Below, piece after piece: positions 61,012 through 64,000 of a stretch of DNA of 64,000 bases (the stretch's first letter is position 1; each line of letters starts with the position of its first letter). The position numbers and the translations under genes were made by a program. The notes beneath the pieces were generated by a model that saw only the letters and a program-made list of their open reading frames with translations, did not search any database and was not told where the DNA came from. Source of the stretch: Chrysemys picta bellii (lineage: Eukaryota); assembly GCF_011386835.1 (NCBI RefSeq), contig NC_088791.1:255378001-255442000 (forward strand). The letters run 5' to 3'.

Positions 61012-62076
61012 CAGGGGTGGGGAACCTACGGCTCGTGGGCAGGATCCGGTCTGCTGCTTCATTTCATCCAGCACACAGCAAGTCTCCGCACCGTGGGCCA
61101 AAAGCCCTGAGCCTCGGCATCCCCCTGGGGAGCTGGAGCTGCGAGCGCCAGCTCGCTCCACTGCAGGGAGAAGCTGGGGTTGCCAGGTTATTAAAAGTCC
61201 GGTCAGCTCCATGCAGCTGCCAGAAGCGATCAGCATGTCCCTGCGGCCCCTAAGAGCGGGGGGCTATCAGGGAAGCTCCATGCACTGCCACTGCCCCTTC
61301 CCCCAGTGCCAGATCCACAGCTCCCATTGGCCAGGAACTATGGCCAATGGGAGCTGCAGAGGCGGCGCACGCACCGCACAGAGCCCCTTGGCTCCTCCGA
61401 CTAGGGGCTGTACATGGTGGCCGCTTCTGGGAGCAGTGCAGAGTCAGGGCAGGCAGGGAGCCTACCTTAGCCCTGCTGCACCGCCAACCAGGAACTGCCT
61501 GAGGTAAGCGCCGCCCGGCCGAAGCCCGCACCCCGAAACACCTGCCCCATGTCAGAACCCCTTCCCGCACCCTAACTCCCTCCCAGACCCTGCACCCACA
61601 CACACACCACATCCCCCTTCCCGAGGTTGGAGCCCTCTTCTGCACCCAAACTTCCTCCTGGAGCTCGTACCCCGAACCTCCTCTCACACCCCAACCCTCT
61701 GCCACAGCCCTGAGCCTGTTCCTGCACTCCAAATCCCTTGGCCCCAGCCTGGAGCCCCCTCCTATACCTCAAATCTCCCATCCCCAGCCCCACCCCAGAT
61801 CCCACAGCCAGAACCCTCACTCTCTCTTGTACCCCAACACCCTGCCCCAGCCCGAAGGCCCTCCCACACCCTGAACCCCTCATTTCTGGCCCCACCCCAG
61901 AGCCTAGGAGAAGCCCCGAGCCCCCACATCCTCCCGTGGGACTGGAGCCACGAGCACTGTGGGGGGAAGCCCTGAGCCTCCATGCTCCCCAGCCCCCCAT
62001 GGGACTGTGTGTGGCCCGGGACTCATTTTTTCTGTGGGTCAGTGACCCCTCATAGAAAAAAGGTTCCCCACCCCTG
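61012..62076. mobile_element. hAT non-autonomous element (1065 bp), GC-rich
   Basis: Perfect 16-bp TIR caggggtggggaacct / aggttccccacccctg; degraded TSD cgttaatt / ggttaagt; C-rich low-complexity interior. Confidence 0.85.
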
Positions 62077-64000
62077 GGTTAAGTGGTGAGTAAGGTACCC
62101 ACTATAGCAATGAAGAGCCCTAGAGGGAAGGGGTAAATGTTCAAATATGATAAAGGAGAAAAATTATTGCTAAGCTCAGAGAAATGCTGCAGGTTCTCAA
62201 ATGCACTTTGAACACAGAGAATTTGAAAGATTATAACAGAGAATCAGACACAAATTTTATATAAAATTGCCTTACCAAAAGAGATTTTAAAAATATCCAT
62301 TATAGCATACAGCATAGCTTCAAATCCTTTGTTGATATGACACAAGAATCTCAACCTACATAGCAAGAAATGAACTGTAAATAGGGAAGAAGGACTGTAC
62401 ACTCTTTTGGGCAGGGCCATATCTTTTAATCTGTTCTCTAAAGCACCTGGCATATTTCTGGGCACTGTAAAATACTAAACAACAAAAACGAGAAAGCAGC
62501 ATGCTTTCTAACATGTCATTCCGTACTGCTGATGTCCAACATTGAATTCACCCTTCATTTTTGTGAAGGCAGTGAGTGTAGCCAAAAATAAGAAGAATAA
62601 AATCCTCCCCACCCTGCCAACATCTTTACCATAACAAAGATACTAATTCAGCCTGCTCTCTCGTTTTCTAGTTCTGGAGATATTCATAACAGAAAGAAAG
62701 AAATACTGAAAACTATTGAGGGAAGAAAAGAGGGTGGGTGGTAGAAGTGAAATGAGGACACTTACAATCATGTAATTATTTATCTTTCACTCTTTTGTTC
62801 ATCACCAAACCCTTTACTTTGCAACAGGCAAATTACAGGGTGGTGAATTCAATAAATTAAAGCTCAGAAGATCCTGGACCACTGTATTTAAATTCTCCCT
62901 TGTTTATCTCTCTTAAATTTCTCTACCACTCTGCTATTACTTTTTATTATAAAATTTAACTAAATTATTTCACTCCACAAAGATTTCTGAGATGAAAGAT
63001 TCTCACTAGATATGACATTCACCCATAGTGCAAAGGGTCAGCCCAAGGACCTCCACATCACTTATGCCCTACACAGCACCTATGCGGAAGGTCTCTTGGC
63101 AAAATGGCTGAATAGGGCACTCCCTATTCGCAGCTTCACAACAAAAGGATCTTCACATTAGCTCTAAATAGTCTGGAGTTGAAGACCATGATAAAGGTGG
63201 CCCAGAGGCAGGCCACAGACCATTAGCCTCTGAAATACCCTGTGAAACTGGCTAGGAGAGACTGCTGACACTATTCCAAACCATGGCTTAAAACAGCTGC
63301 AGTGGTAGAGAGAAACCACACAGCAGCCAGGCCTACTGAATCTGGATTCGGGGTGGATTTAGTCTTTCAAACCATTCTATGATGCATGGGGAGTGGATTT
63401 CACCCCTCACCAATAAAGCTGCATTGTTTCTTGGACTTGGTATGCTTCGTGCCTAGATTGTTTCATACATCAGAAGGAATAATATTTGAGTCCAAACTGA
63501 ATAAACAAAAAGACTAGTTTTATTACACTATGCTGGTGTATGGAAGTTTTTAAAACTGATGTTGGTAATCATGATGATAGGACAATTTCTTGATAATGAA
63601 AAATATACATAATTGATAGGAAAACTAAGAGCTGGAGTATAAAGATTTTGTCTTTCAAAGATCAAAGTATGATGAGCAGCCAATTCATAGATTCTTCTGG
63701 CAATCAATACAAAAGGATAAAGCAATAAAGTGAAGAAAACAGAAACACTGATGTTTTCATGAGTTAAGTTAGTGAGTTCATGTTGTACAAGACAACAGAT
63801 CTCATTAAGGTAGCCAAGATTTTAAACAAACCAACTTGTGTATAACATTTCTGAACAATTAAAGTGCATGTAGATGAACTGACATTGGGGTAATGCCTGA
63901 TACCATAAAATTAAACTAAATGTATTTTGCACAAATTGGTTAAGTACTGGAGTGGCTGCAGGATAATGCGGGAGAGGGAGTTTCATTTATTTGTAAAACA

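Larger units (their letters stand above)
1..64000 (-). other. PCCA: Window lies within the PCCA transcription unit: partial intron 21 (1-13127), intron 20 (13182-26152, 12,971 bp), partial intron 19 (26252-64000)
   Basis: Inferred from the two exons. No peptide matching the flanking exons (YKV..ILT..LAAEL or WELSVKLHD..VHTVVAS) with splice sites was found by eye. Confidence 0.85.

Noticed and set aside
60939-62055. Overlapping ORFs of 73-160 aa
   Set aside because: GC-rich interior of a hAT derivative; no transposase similarity.

Overview
Vertebrate genomic DNA, very probably a hard-shelled turtle. This is inferred from the repeat complement: tortoise-type tRNA-derived SINE with a CR1 tail, turtle-type CR1s, Penelope pLTR fragments, and hAT, Harbinger and Tc1/mariner MITEs. 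The window lies inside PCCA (propionyl-CoA carboxylase alpha chain) on the minus strand. Only two short coding exons are present: 26153-26251 (99 bp, VEVDG...QRTIQ) and 13128-13181 (54 bp, CLSRD...FLGTV). They match human PCCA exons 20 and 21 as recalled. The rest is intron, densely filled with decayed or non-autonomous transposable elements, several of them nested, plus one assembly gap (5119-5555). Almost all ORFs in the supplied track are spurious or TE remnants. There are no prokaryotic features, CRISPR arrays, rRNA or true tRNA genes. The best lead is an apparently intact minimal type-I hammerhead ribozyme core (27563-27602) in a Penelope-derived insertion on the PCCA sense strand, about 1.3 kb upstream of the exon-20 acceptor. 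Weaker leads are a C/D-snoRNA-like motif set, TE-supplied splice donors, inverted repeat pairs bracketing exon 20, a DIRS ORF1 fossil and candidate enhancer motif clusters. I do not see firm evidence of a wholly new biological system. Repeat family names come from recalled consensus features, not database searches.
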